This document shows positions 40,023 through 53,052 of a DNA stretch of 64,000 bases, piece by piece. The number at the start of each line of letters is the position of its first letter. Position 1 is the first letter of the stretch. The DNA is from Eledone cirrhosa (lineage: Eukaryota), in the NCBI GenBank assembly GCA_964016885.1, contig OZ024746.1, forward strand, positions 95,976,001 through 96,040,000. Direction: 5' to 3'. A program made the position numbers and the translations under genes. The notes beneath the pieces are model-generated. The model worked only from the letters and a program-made list of their open reading frames with translations. It did not search any database and was not told where the DNA came from.

Positions 40023-40830
40023 AGTATGTACACATACATACATATATGTATACCGACGTACAGTAGTATGTATATATATATATATATACATACATGCACA
40101 CATATATATATATGCACGTATGGATTCACCGAACATTTATTATAATGCTCGGTGTGTTTGTAAACAAACATCCCGTATTAAGCCGTAGTGTCTAGCAACC
40201 ACCGTTGCTCGTTTGTTCAACACTGACAAAGGAACGCTGTACTAGTTTCAAGCTTGTTAGGTACATACATATATGTACGCATCAGTTTAGCGGACGCTTA
40301 TTGTAGCGCCCGCTTTGTTCGTTTGTAAACAAACTGAACAGCCTGAATTTATGCCGCATGGCGTTAAGGCAACCACGTCACCTTTTTGTTCAACACTGAC
40401 ACAGGAACGATGTACTAGTTTCAAGCTTGTTAGCTATCATCAGCACCGTATACCCATCTGCCAGATAGTTGAACGTTCGAAAGTATATACTTTCCTTATG
40501 AAAATTAACGGCTGAGCAGCCTAATTTGCATATCGAGTGAGTTAAATCGGTCAGGCGCGCCGAAAAAGATGAGTTGTAATAAAATGAAAACGAAATTTCA
40601 TTTCTCACTCTTAGTACGGCACTTACTTAAATGTAAGTATGTATGTATACGTACATACATATATGTATACAGACGTACAGTAGCATGCATATATATAGTA
40701 TACATATATACATACAGGTACACATACATATATGTACGCATCAGTTTAGCGGACGCTTATTATAGCGCCCGCTTTGTTCGTTTGTAAAACTAAACTGATG
40801 CGTACATATATGTATGTGTACCTGTATATG
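40021..40830 (-). mobile_element. Non-coding HHR-bearing element in partial tandem, with a terminal inversion
   Basis: Units 40021-40260 (diverged, cut in stem II), 40261-40715 and 40716-40788. The inverted piece 40790-40825 mirrors ~40714-40749. Flanked by (TA)n. Confidence 0.75.
40407..40449 (-). ncRNA. Type I hammerhead ribozyme, canonical core
   Basis: ACGGTG-CTGATGA-tAGCT(aaca)AGCTt-GAAA-CTAG-TA-CATCGT. Confidence 0.9.
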
Positions 40831-40841
40831 TATTATATATG

Positions 40842-40940
<99 letters not shown>

Positions 40941-40941
40941 G

Positions 40942-40986
<45 letters not shown>

Positions 40987-40993
40987 GTATATG

Positions 40994-41024
<31 letters not shown>

Positions 41025-41025
41025 G

Positions 41026-41082
<57 letters not shown>

Positions 41083-41095
41083 GTATATATATATG

Positions 41096-41148
<53 letters not shown>

Positions 41149-41182
41149 GTATATATATATGTATATTATATATATGTATATA

Positions 41183-41253
<71 letters not shown>

Positions 41254-41541
41254 GTATATATATATATATGTATATGTATATATATGTATATATATGTATA
41301 TATATATATATGTATATATATATGTATATATGTATATATATATATATGTATATGTATATATATGTATATATATATATATGTATATATATATGTGTATATA
41401 TGTATATATATGTATATATATATATATGTATATATATATGTGTATATATATATATGTATATATATATGTGTATATATATATATGTATATATATGTATATA
41501 TTATATATGTATATATATGTATATATATATGTATATATATG

Positions 41542-41572
<31 letters not shown>

Positions 41573-42811
41573 GTATATATCATCATCATCATCATCATTT
41601 CATTTTACGTCCGCTTTTCCCTGCTTGCAAGGGTGGGACGGGAACTGATTTTGGCTTGATTTTCTACAGCTGGATGCCCTTCCTAACACCAACCTCATTT
41701 ACAGTGAGTGCTGGGTGCTTTTTTTGCCGTGGCACCTCCACGACCACTTTGCAGTGGAATGATAGGGACCCCAGTCCCTATCATCTCATTTCTACAGCTG
41801 AGTAAACTGGAGCAATGTGAAATAAAGTGTCTTGCTCAAGGAAACAACACATCACCCGGTCTGAGAATTGAACTCACAACCTTTCGATTGCAAGGCCAAT
41901 GCTCTAACCACTAAGCCATGTATATATATATGTGTATATATATATATGTATATAATATGTATATATATATATGTATGTATATATATATGTATATATATAT
42001 ATATTGTATAATATATATAGTATGTATATATATATGTATATATATATATATGTGTATATATATATATATATGTGTATATATATATATATATGTATATGTA
42101 TATATATATATGTATATATGTATATGTATATGTATATATATATGTATATATATATATATATGTATATGTATATATATATATGTATATATATATATATGTA
42201 TATATATGTATATATATGTATATATATGTATATATATATATGTATATATATGTATATATATGTATATATATGTATATATTATATATATGTATATATATAT
42301 ATATGTATATATATGTATATATATGTATATATATGTATATATATGTATATATATGTATGTATATATATGTATATATATGTATATATATGTATATATATGT
42401 ATATATATATATGTATATATATGTATATATATATATATGTATATATATGTATATATATGTATATATATATATATGTATATATATGTATATATATATATAT
42501 GTATATATATGTATATATATGTATATATATATATATGTATATATATGTATATATATGTATATATATGTATATATATGTATATGTATATATATGTATATAA
42601 TATGTATATATATGTATATATATGTATATATATGTATATATATGTATATATATGTATAGTATATGTATATATATGTATATATATGTATATATATGTATAT
42701 ATATGTATATATATGTATATATATGTATGTATATATATGTATATATATATGTATATATATGTATGTATATATATGTATATATATATATGTATATATATGT
42801 ATATATATATG

Positions 42812-42864
<53 letters not shown>

Positions 42865-42870
42865 GTATAT

Positions 42871-42905
<35 letters not shown>

Positions 42906-43338
42906 GTATATATATATATATGTATGTATATATATGTAATGTATATGTATATATATGTATATGTATATATATGTATATGTATATATATGTATATGTATAT
43001 ATATGTATATGTATATATATGTATATATTATATATATGTATATATATATGTATATATGTATATATATGTATATATATGTATATATATGTATATATATATA
43101 TGTATATATATGTATATATATGTATATATATGTATATGTATATATATGTAGTATATTATATGTATATATATGTATATGTATATATATGTATATGTATATA
43201 TATGTATATGTATATATTTATGTATTGTAATGTATATATATGTATATATATATATGTATATTATAATATATATATGTATATATATGTATATATATATATA
43301 TGTATATATATGTATATATATATATGTATATATGTATG

Positions 43339-43371
<33 letters not shown>

Positions 43372-43562
43372 GTATATATATATGTATATATATATATATG
43401 TATTATATATATATATGTATATATAATGTATATATATATATATGTATGTATATATATATATGTATTATATGTATATATATGTATATATATGTATATGTAT
43501 ATATATGTATATGTATATATATGTATATATATATATATTGTGTATATATATATATATGTATC

Positions 43563-43594
<32 letters not shown>

Positions 43595-43947
43595 GTATAT
43601 ATATGTATATATATGTATATGTATATATATGTATATATATGTATATATATATATATGTATATATAGTATATATATGTATATGTATATATATGTATATATA
43701 GTGTATATATATATATATGTATATATATGTATATATATGTATATATATGTATATGTATATATATGTATATATGTATTATATATATATATGTATATATATG
43801 TATATATATGTATAATATATATATATGTATATATATGTATATATATGTATATATATATATATGTATATATATGTATATATATGTATATATATATATATGT
43901 ATATATATGTATATATATATGTATATATATGTATATGTATATATATG

Positions 43948-44001
<54 letters not shown>

Positions 44002-44020
44002 TGTAATATATATATATATG

Positions 44021-44083
<63 letters not shown>

Positions 44084-44136
44084 GTATATATATATGTATA
44101 TATATATATATGTATATATATATGTATATATATATG

Positions 44137-44169
<33 letters not shown>

Positions 44170-44294
44170 GTTATATATTATATATATGTATATATATATA
44201 TATGTATGTATATATATATATATGTATATATATATGTATAATATATATATATGTATATATATATGTATATATATATATATATGTATATATATGC

Positions 44295-44329
<35 letters not shown>

Positions 44330-44425
44330 GTATATATATGTATATATATATATATATGTATATATATATGTATATGTATATATATATGTATATATATGTA
44401 TATTATATATATATGTCTATATATG

Positions 44426-44458
<33 letters not shown>

Positions 44459-44559
44459 GTATTATATATATATATGTATATATATATATATGTATTATAT
44501 ATATATATGTATATATATGTATATGTATATATATGTATATGTATATATATGTATATGTC

Positions 44560-44606
<47 letters not shown>

Positions 44607-44773
44607 GTATATATATATATGTATATATATATATATGTATATATATATATGTATATATATATATGTATATATATATATGTATATATTATGTATATATATA
44701 TATGTATATATATATGTATATATATATGTATATGTATTATGTATATGTATATATATATGTATATATATGTATG

Positions 44774-44827
<54 letters not shown>

Positions 44828-44871
44828 ATATATATATATGTTATATGTATATATATATGTATATATATATG

Positions 44872-44911
<40 letters not shown>

Positions 44912-45069
44912 TAGTATATATATATGTTATATATATGTATATATATATGTATATATATATATTATATATATGTATATATATATGTATATGTATATATATA
45001 TGTATGTATATGTATATATATATGGTATATATATTATATATATATTTATGTATATATATGTATATGTAT

Positions 45070-45119
<50 letters not shown>

Positions 45120-45224
45120 GTATATGTATATTTATAGGTATATATATATGTATATGTATATATTTATGATATATGTATATATATATATATGTATATATAT
45201 GATATATATATGTATATGTATATA

Positions 45225-45265
<41 letters not shown>

Positions 45266-45473
45266 GTATATGTATATATATGTATATATATGTAATATAT
45301 ATATATGTATATATATATATATGTATATATATATGTATATATATGTATATATATATGTATATGTATATATATATGTATATATTTATGTATATATATATAT
45401 ATGTATATATATATGTATATATATATATATATGTATATATATATGTATATATATATGTATAAATATATATATA
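40831..45473. repeat. (TA)n-derived arrays interrupted by one SINE A (41580-41920)
   Basis: Seen directly in the sequence. Confidence 0.97.
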
Positions 45474-48418
45474 TGAGGAAGGCGCCAGAATCCTGGAATT
45501 CTGTGATGCAAATAACCTAACTATCTGTAACACTAACTTCAAAAAACGTGACAATCACCTGATCACCTATAGATCCGGGGAACACACAAGCCAGGTAGAT
45601 TATATCCTTACCAGAAGACGTGACAGAGTGTCTGTTGTTAACACTAAATCCCTCCCCCATGAAGAATGCACCTCCCAACATAGACTGATAATTAGCGACC
45701 TCATAGTCAGGACGAGACGTACTCGACAACAGAAGAGGACTATCCTCAGGAGGAAAATATGGAAGCTAAAGGGACCCACAGCCAGGAATAAATTTCAAAG
45801 CATATTACTTGATGCTTTCGACAGTAAGGAAGAACATTTAGAGTCGGACAATATAGAGGGAGAGTGGGAATTTCTGAAAGCAAACCTTGCTGTTGGCGAC
45901 AGACGAGGTCTGTGGCTGGAGCAGGCCTGTAGGCAGGAGGGAGAGTAACATGGTGGTGGAACAGTAAGGTGGAGGGAGTCAATTAAGGCCAAAAAGCAGG
46001 CTTGGAAAGTATGGCGGGATGGGGGAAGTAGAGAGGACTATCAAAGTGGCCAGGAGGGAAGCTAGGAGACAAGTGTACTTAGCAAGAAGGGAAGCTGAGG
46101 AAAAGAAAGTTCAAGCCATGTTCTACAACGCGATGACCAAAAACGTGAGGTGTTCAGGATTGCTAGGCAATGCGTCAAGGAAAACCGTGATATTTGTCGG
46201 GGAGAAGTGTGTACTAAACGACGATGGCACACTTGCCATCACCGACGCTGATAAGAAGGTAGCTTGGAAGTGTCACTATGAAAGGCTACTAAAATGAGGA
46301 GAATAATTGGGAGAAAGGCAGTCTCCCCCATATCGACCCAATAGAGGGACCAGCAGTGTTAGTCGAGGGGAGTATAATAAGTAAGGCAATCAAGGATATG
46401 AAGACTGGTAAGGTGGCTGGGCCTTCGGAAATAGTTGCTGAGATGCTGAAGGCATCTGGCACGGTGGGACACACCATGGTCACCCGCATAGTTAACCAAG
46501 TCGTACAGAATGGGGTTGTTCCGAAGGACTGGCATAGCAGCATCATCGTTAACTGTTATAAGGGTTAAAGGAGACGCCCTAGATAGGAGTAACTATAGAG
46601 GCATTAAATTAATCGACCAGGTCATGAAGGTCACGGAAAAGTAATAGCGCAAACTAATCAGAGAGAGAATTGACTCTAGATGAATGCAGTTCGGGTTTGT
46701 GTCAGGCAAAAGTACCACAGACGCTCTTTTCATAGTACGACAACTACAGGAGAAGTACCTAGCTAAAGGTAAACCCCTCTACTTAGCTTTTGTCGACTTG
46801 GAGAAAGCCTTCGACAGAGTCCCCCGCTCCATTATCTGGTGGGCTCTTAGAAAACTAGGCGTTGACGAATGGCTTGTGAGGGCTATACAAGCCATGTATA
46901 AAGAAACAGTCAGCAAGGTTAGAATTAACAACGAATATAGTGAAGAGTTTAGCGTAAAAGTTGGCGTCCATCAGGGCTCTGTTCTCAGTCCACTACTATT
47001 TATTATTGCCCTTCAGGCTATAACAGAGGAGTTCAAGACAGGCTGCCCATGGGAACTCCTATACGCAGACGACCTGACACTCATAGCTGAATCAATGGCC
47101 GAGCTAGAGAAGAAATTCCAAACATGGAAGCACGGCCTAGAGTCAAAAGGACTTAAAATTAACCTGGCTAAGACCAAAGTTCTAGTTTGTAGGAAAGAAA
47201 ACAAGGCGGCGGTCCCTTCTGGGAAATGGTCGTGCTCGGTGTGTAGGAAAGGCGTAGGTAGAAACTCCATTTTATGTCCTAAATGCAAAGTATGGGTGCA
47301 TAAAAGATGTAGTGGGATCACAGGTAAGCTAACTAAGAACATAGATTTTACATGTGGCCGGTGCTCTGGTGCAATAAGTAGCAGCAAGTGCCCACAAACT
47401 ACTAGCTCTTTCAATTGCGCAGAGGGTTCTATAGAAATAGTGGACAGCTTCCGTTACCTGGGCGATAAAATCAGCAGTGGGGGAGGGTGCTCTGAAAGTA
47501 CTGTAGCTAGAGTCAGAACTGGTTGGAAAAAGTTCAGAGAGCTTATACCACTATTAGCTGCTAAAGGGTTCTCACTAAAAATGAAAGGCAGGTTGTACGA
47601 TGCCTGCATACGAACAGCAATGCTGCATGGCAGTGAGACCTGGGCATTGTGTGCAGAGGATATACGCAGACTAGAGAGGAACGAAGCTTGCATGCTCCGC
47701 TGGATGTGTAACAGTAATATACGTGAACGGCAAAGCATAAACGAACTAAGGAAAAAATTAGAGATAAGAGGGATCAGATGTTGTTTACTCGAGAGAAGGC
47801 TACGTTGGTATGGACACGTGATGCGCATGAAAGTCGATAGCTGTATAACAAAGTGCAGGGCAATAAAGATAGACGGTAGTCACGGAATAGGCAGACCTAG
47901 AAAAACCTGGGACGAGCTGATAAACTCCGACATCACACACTTACACCTCTCCAAGACAATGTCACTGGACCGAGACCTTTGGCGGTACTCAGTAACAGAG
48001 AAGACCCGCCTTACCTAAATATATAGTAAAACCTACTCCAGCCAGTAGGCATCTCTAACAAAATACACCCCGTCCCACCACCACCACCCCCACCCGATCC
48101 ACACCACCCCGTTCTATGTAAAGTTATGTTGGTGCCGCGCCATCGAGGCCGAAACAAATGAGATCGTGTAGGTGTCACGACAAAAAAACACACAGTCCAC
48201 GCTGTAATGTGGCCGTGTAGGCAACACGGTAAAAACCTCCCAGACCCACACTGTAAATGTGGTTGGTGTTAGGAAGGGCATCCAACTGTAGAAAACCTGC
48301 CAGACAGTCCTATGCGAGCAAGACAATCACTCTTGCCTCAAGTGGGACTACCCCCGTCCAAACCCATGCAAGCGTGGAACACGGACGTTAAACGTTGATG
48401 ATGATGATGATGATGATA
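45474..48418 (+). mobile_element. RTE LINE, 5'-truncated within the APE endonuclease
   Basis: EGARILEFC...NTNF...SQVDYIL...SQHRL (APE C-terminal half), a frameshifted linker, an open RT region, 3' UTR and (GAT)n tail. Confidence 0.95.
46684..48018 (+). CDS. RTE reverse transcriptase, C-terminal portion, with an inserted PHD finger
   Basis: QFGF, DLEKAFD, GVHQGSVLSP, YADD, KTK, C4HC3 finger at 47233-47364, FRYLG, RWYGHV.R, GRP.KTW. Confidence 0.92.
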   Translation: MQFGFVSGKSTTDALFIVRQLQEKYLAKGKPLYLAFVDLEKAFDRVPRSIIWWALRKLGVDEWLVRAIQAMYKETVSKVRINNEYSEEFSVKVGVHQGSVLSPLLFIIALQAITEEFKTGCPWELLYADDLTLIAESMAELEKKFQTWKHGLESKGLKINLAKTKVLVCRKENKAAVPSGKWSCSVCRKGVGRNSILCPKCKVWVHKRCSGITGKLTKNIDFTCGRCSGAISSSKCPQTTSSFNCAEGSIEIVDSFRYLGDKISSGGGCSESTVARVRTGWKKFRELIPLLAAKGFSLKMKGRLYDACIRTAMLHGSETWALCAEDIRRLERNEACMLRWMCNSNIRERQSINELRKKLEIRGIRCCLLERRLRWYGHVMRMKVDSCITKCRAIKIDGSHGIGRPRKTWDELINSDITHLHLSKTMSLDRDLWRYSVTEKTRLT

Positions 48419-48794
48419 TATATATGTATGTATATATATATGTATATATATATGTATATATATATGTATATATATATATATGTATATATATATGTATATA
48501 TATATGTATATATGTATATATATGTATATATATATGTATATATATATATATGTATATATATATGTATATATATATATATATGTATATATAGTATTAGTTA
48601 TACTATTTATGGTTATGTAAACACAAAACCTTAAGCAGTTGTAAGTATTTTACACACACCCTAAATAGTGGTAGGCAGTAATGTATTACTACCTTATTAC
48701 CAGTAAGTTAAGTAGCTCAATGTAAAAACATCAGATGATTTACAGAGCAGTTATATGAAATATAAGAATCAAAGAACTGTTCAAAACATTATTG

Positions 48795-48841
48795 TGCTTA
48801 CAGCTGTTTCCTCCAAACCGAGGTTTGGATTCTTCGGAGCA
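48795..48841 (-). ncRNA. Type I HHR (U4C core) in the PLE 3' arm
   Basis: TGCT-CCGAAGA-aTCCAAACC(tc)GGTTTGGAg-GAAAC(agct)GTA-AGCA. Confidence 0.75.
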
Positions 48842-48991
48842 ATTTATTAATGCATGGACAGTTATATGACCTCCTTTTCAGTCGAGAGACATACCAACAC
48901 ATATTCAAACATTGATACATATTCAAACATTGAGGGTCAACATTCATTACAGAATTTAGAGTGGCAGTACACACTTTGAGATTACATTTAT

Positions 48992-49178
48992 GGTGGATTG
49001 GCAGTATCGGTAGAGAGTCGGACACCATGCTTTGAAGCATAGAGTTACGTCCCTTTATGATCTGAGTTCAAATCCCGCCGAGGTTAACTTTGCCTTTCAT
49101 CCTTATGGGGTCGATAAAATAAAGTACCAGTAATGTACTGGGTAATTGCTGGCCTTGTGCCAAATGTAGAAACATTTA
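48992..49178 (+). mobile_element. SINE family B inserted in the left PLE arm
   Basis: TSD ACATTTAT. The empty site is visible in the right arm at about 52855-52865. Confidence 0.92.
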
Positions 49179-50472
49179 TATTAATAGGTACAATCAAAAA
49201 TCAAGGATATAGGTTAAAGTACAACATGAAGATAAGTGGTTATATAGTGCAAATGTTATATGTGTGGCACGCATGTGCGTCTTGTTTATATAGTGTGGCA
49301 GGGAGATATGTGTGGTAGAGGCACTTAGGTAGGTAAATAAGAGTGTTAGGTTGGTAGATCTGGTGGCAAAGTCTTTATATGATTGATATAGTCTGTGTGT
49401 GGAGAAATATTATAAGCATTAAAGATAGTGCAAGCATTAAAAGTGTTATAAGTATTGGAGATGCGCAGCGCAGGGATGTCAAGTAATTCATGTACTTCGG
49501 CATTTTCATGGTCAAGGGAGTGTATATTTCGATTATATGCCTTTCACATAATCCACGACAATCCAGTTAGAGATCGTAGTCTGGTGTTCTTTAGTTCGAT
49601 ACAGGAGGTTGTTACGTTTCGAGAAACGCCATTGAATACCGGAAGTGTGTGTGTGGCTAAGGGGAGTTAATGCATGCGGGGAGGTAACTCTGGGGTTTCT
49701 ATATCTAGCCATTAAAATGTGTCCCAATATAGACCCTAAATTCTATGGTGAGGTGCACCTTCCAAGAGAGACTTTTAAAGCATATAGTGTACTAACTATA
49801 GAGTAGTATAACTAAATTATGCTGAAGGTGATCATATTATTATTAAGGTGGATTAACCCATCTTAAGGTGCTACAAATGGAAATTATAGATGATGAGCGA
49901 GGATTCTAAATTAATGATCTCTGTGGTTGTAGTCTGCTCATATGACCAGGCGCGGTGATTGCAGGATTGCTTCAGGACCCAATGATCTCTGGTAAGATCT
50001 GGGTCATCGCTTGCTACATTGGATGTCGAAAGGTAATCGTCCCCAGGCAGGCCAAAGGTCAATCCGCAGTCCTCGCGACCCCTCTCTGACCGTCAGATCA
50101 TCCATATACGTACAACCCGCACGGCAGTTGCATTGCATTCACTCACTGCGCTCAGCAGCCCGGTCCTACTGGTCAACAGCGCTACTCGATTAAATCATTT
50201 TACATCTGTCTAAGGAAGGTGTTTCCTCTGCCCAACACCATCCAACCGATCAATTCATGCTCAAATTACCCTTAGAGCGGTGTAGTGCCGTCCAAGTGGG
50301 TGGATGTTGTCACACCTGCCGTAGAGGTATAAATGGGTATTTTCCCTGCGAAGGGTTCCAGAGGGATGTCGTTGTTTGTGTTATAATGGATCAGCTAGTG
50401 TTGGGTATGTAGTATAGGGTGTGTCTCTGGTGTTTGATGCTAGATGTGGTGTTAGGTTCCAGTCCGACATTG

Positions 50473-52365
50473 CTATATATAGGGCTTAAAGTTTTGGAAG
50501 GAATGTCTGAGGCGGTGCTGGCAAGTTGCAAACACCTCAGATTTTTTGTTAAGTAGGTTACGGTTGGAGAAGATAATATTGTGTGTCTCTAATATACAGA
50601 GGTTACAGAATTTATTAGGTGGTTTGTACGAGGTCGCGCTGCCTATCACTTCCCATTTGAGTGTGTATGGTTTATTTTTAGATTTTAGATAGTGTATGTA
50701 GCTAGAAAGTGAGGTGGAGTTGGCTAGGCTGTGCTTTTTGAACGAGTGGATGTGCGAGTTATATCTGATTTTGAAGCAGTTAGAAGTGGAGCCTACATAG
50801 GTTTCTGAAGAGTTATTAGTCGTGACTGTGCATGAGTATATGACATCCTTGGTTAGGCATTTATTATCTAAAGGGCAGGTTCTATTAGCTCTACAGTTAC
50901 AATTATTCTGTGCGTTAGTCCGCTGGTTATAATGCAATGCGGAAGTCTGTGTGGTGGATATAGGATTTTGGGTGTTCGGGTTGACAACCCTGGTGTTATT
51001 ACTTATACTAGTGTTATTTCTATTGTTACTGCCGTTGCTATTGTTGCTTGCTACAGTGGTATTTAGAGGGTCTGCATCCCGTTGTGATTTTGTTTGTTGG
51101 AAGTAAGAACTAATTTTACTATTATTGCTGCTAGCTATGTGGTATGCTAAGTTAGGCGTCGTAGAGTATGAGATTTTAATGGTGTTTTTGTTTAAGAGGT
51201 TGTGGTACTTGTGTCCTAGAGGGAAATTTTTATCTAGTAGTGAGAAGAAAGCCCTAGGTATGTTGGTGGAGACATTTAGGTTGAAAGGAGGGTTGAAAAA
51301 TGTATTATTTCTTCTTCTATTTTTGCTTTTAGTGTTTGGTGTGTTGCTTTCTCCTAAGGCCTCACAGTAGTTTCCATGGTAATGGTTACTTCCGGTGGCA
51401 CCCTCCGCTTTGGTGTACTTGTGGTTGCTATTCCTATTATTAGATTTCCTCATGGACATGTTGTGCGAGATGATGTTGTAGCTATGTGTTTTCTTAGGTA
51501 GGGACTCAATTTCTATGTTATGGCCGGAGCTAGCTAATGCTTGATTGTAATATTGTGAGTTTTTGCTAAATATGTTTGCGTCATAGGACAGACTAGAGAT
51601 TCTATTGGACACCCCCTTAGAGATAGAGTTTAATATTGATCTAGGGTGATTAGACTTGGTATCTACGTAAATAAGTTTCTCATTAGGCTTATGGAAAGGT
51701 GTATATATTTTTGAGTCTAGGTATAGTGTGGCGTCTAGGAAGTTAACATTTTTAGTGTTTTTGTCCATGGTGATACTAAGGTTAAAGTTTTTGAATGTCT
51801 TATGCAGTTGTTTTCTAGTTCTTTCTATATTAAATTTTTTATATTCTATGAGTAGAAGTGCATCATCGCGGTACAAACCACCGTTGAGGTAAGGGAGGTC
51901 TTTATGGATTTCATTGAGGAGGTATAGGCCGACCAAATCAGTGACTTGCGCCGAGTCACTAGATCCCATGGTTATGTCAAAGTTGTTGTGCGTATCCTTG
52001 CGTGTCCATAGTTGGTCCTCGAAGGTGATTATGGTTTTACGGGCCGCAAGGATGACATCAACCTGGGCTCTAGTCAGGTCGCTATTGGTCATGGCCATGA
52101 TAAGTGCCTTATTTAATAGGATAGGGGAAATAGAGGTGTAGTATGAATTGATATCAAATTGAATAAATTTTTTGTTCTTATTATTCTTGATATCCTTAAA
52201 CCATTCAATTACTTCACCCGTATTTCCCCATTGTTTAAGGTGTATCTTGTGTTTAATTTGTGGGATGATTTTATCCAAAATCTTCTTGCTGATAATACCA
52301 ATGTCGGACTTGGAAGGGCAGATAAGTCTTATCGTGGGGTTGCTGATGAAGTTCTCCTTATGCAT
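50473..52365 (-). CDS. PLE polyprotein (RT plus GIY-YIG endonuclease), N-terminally truncated
   Basis: HKENF..NP..RLI.P.KS.IG, FDINSYYTSI, FDITMGS.D.A, GLYRDD, NFLD, SNHP, CNCx5CPLx3C linker, VIY..TYVGST, C-terminal CNLC..E..CQH. These are Naiad signatures. Confidence 0.92.
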   Translation of the reverse strand: MHKENFISNPTIRLICPSKSDIGIISKKILDKIIPQIKHKIHLKQWGNTGEVIEWFKDIKNNKNKKFIQFDINSYYTSISPILLNKALIMAMTNSDLTRAQVDVILAARKTIITFEDQLWTRKDTHNNFDITMGSSDSAQVTDLVGLYLLNEIHKDLPYLNGGLYRDDALLLIEYKKFNIERTRKQLHKTFKNFNLSITMDKNTKNVNFLDATLYLDSKIYTPFHKPNEKLIYVDTKSNHPRSILNSISKGVSNRISSLSYDANIFSKNSQYYNQALASSGHNIEIESLPKKTHSYNIISHNMSMRKSNNRNSNHKYTKAEGATGSNHYHGNYCEALGESNTPNTKSKNRRRNNTFFNPPFNLNVSTNIPRAFFSLLDKNFPLGHKYHNLLNKNTIKISYSTTPNLAYHIASSNNSKISSYFQQTKSQRDADPLNTTVASNNSNGSNNRNNTSISNNTRVVNPNTQNPISTTQTSALHYNQRTNAQNNCNCRANRTCPLDNKCLTKDVIYSCTVTTNNSSETYVGSTSNCFKIRYNSHIHSFKKHSLANSTSLSSYIHYLKSKNKPYTLKWEVIGSATSYKPPNKFCNLCILETHNIIFSNRNLLNKKSEVFATCQHRLRHSFQNFKPYI

Positions 52366-53005
52366 TAACTCCCCTTAGCCACACACACACTTCCGGTATT
52401 CAATGGCGTTTCTCGAAACGTAACAACCTCCTGTATCGAACTAAAGAACACCAGACTACGATCTCTAACTGGATTGTCGTGGATTATGTGAAAGGCATAT
52501 AATCGAAATATACACTCCCTTGACCATGAAAATGCCGAAGTACATGAATTACTTGACATCCCTGCGCTGCGCATCTCCAATACTTATAACACTTTTAATG
52601 CTTGCACTATCTTTAATGCTTATAATATTTCTCCACACACAGACTATATCAATCATATAAAGACTTTGCCACCAGATCTACCAACCTAACACTCTTATTT
52701 ACCTACCTAAGTGCCTCTACCACACATATCTCTCTGCCACACTATATAAACAAGACGCACACGCGTGCCACACATATAACATTTGCACTATATAACCACT
52801 TATCTTCATGTTGTACTTTAACCTATATCCTGGATTTTTGATTGTACCTATTAATATAAATGTAATCTCAAAGTGTGTACTGCCACTCTAAATTCTGTAA
52901 TGAATGTTGACCCTCAATGTTTGAATATGTATCAATGTTTGAATATGTGTTGGTATGTCTCTCGACTGAAAAGGAGGTCATATAACTGTCCATGCATTAA
53001 TAAAT

Positions 53006-53052
53006 TGCTCCGAAGAATCCAAACCTCGGTTTGGAGGAAACAGCTGTAAGCA
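53006..53052 (+). ncRNA. Type I HHR (U4C core) in the inverted PLE arm
   Basis: Identical to 48795-48841 in the opposite orientation. Confidence 0.75.

Noticed and set aside
41855-41920. tRNA-like A and B boxes
   Set aside because: These are SINE heads continuing into core and RTE tail sequence, with no intact cloverleaf acceptor stem.
34193-45520. Very long Y/I/M/C/V-rich ORFs (up to 788 aa)
   Set aside because: They are translations of (TA)n/TATG arrays that lack stop codons in several frames, not genes. The same applies at 12.7 kb and 53.6-55.3 kb.
45880-46690. Cluster of frameshifts suggesting programmed recoding in the RTE
   Set aside because: These are scattered single-base indels largely absent from the sister copy where the two overlap. 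Sequencing error or decay is more likely.
49455-49670. Identical 71-aa ORF here and at 52365-52580
   Set aside because: A by-product of the PLE inverted arms, antisense to the element and with no recognisable domain.
50200-50472. SECIS element downstream of the Naiad ORF
   Set aside because: There is no in-frame TGA in the retained ORF, and no convincing SECIS fold by eye.
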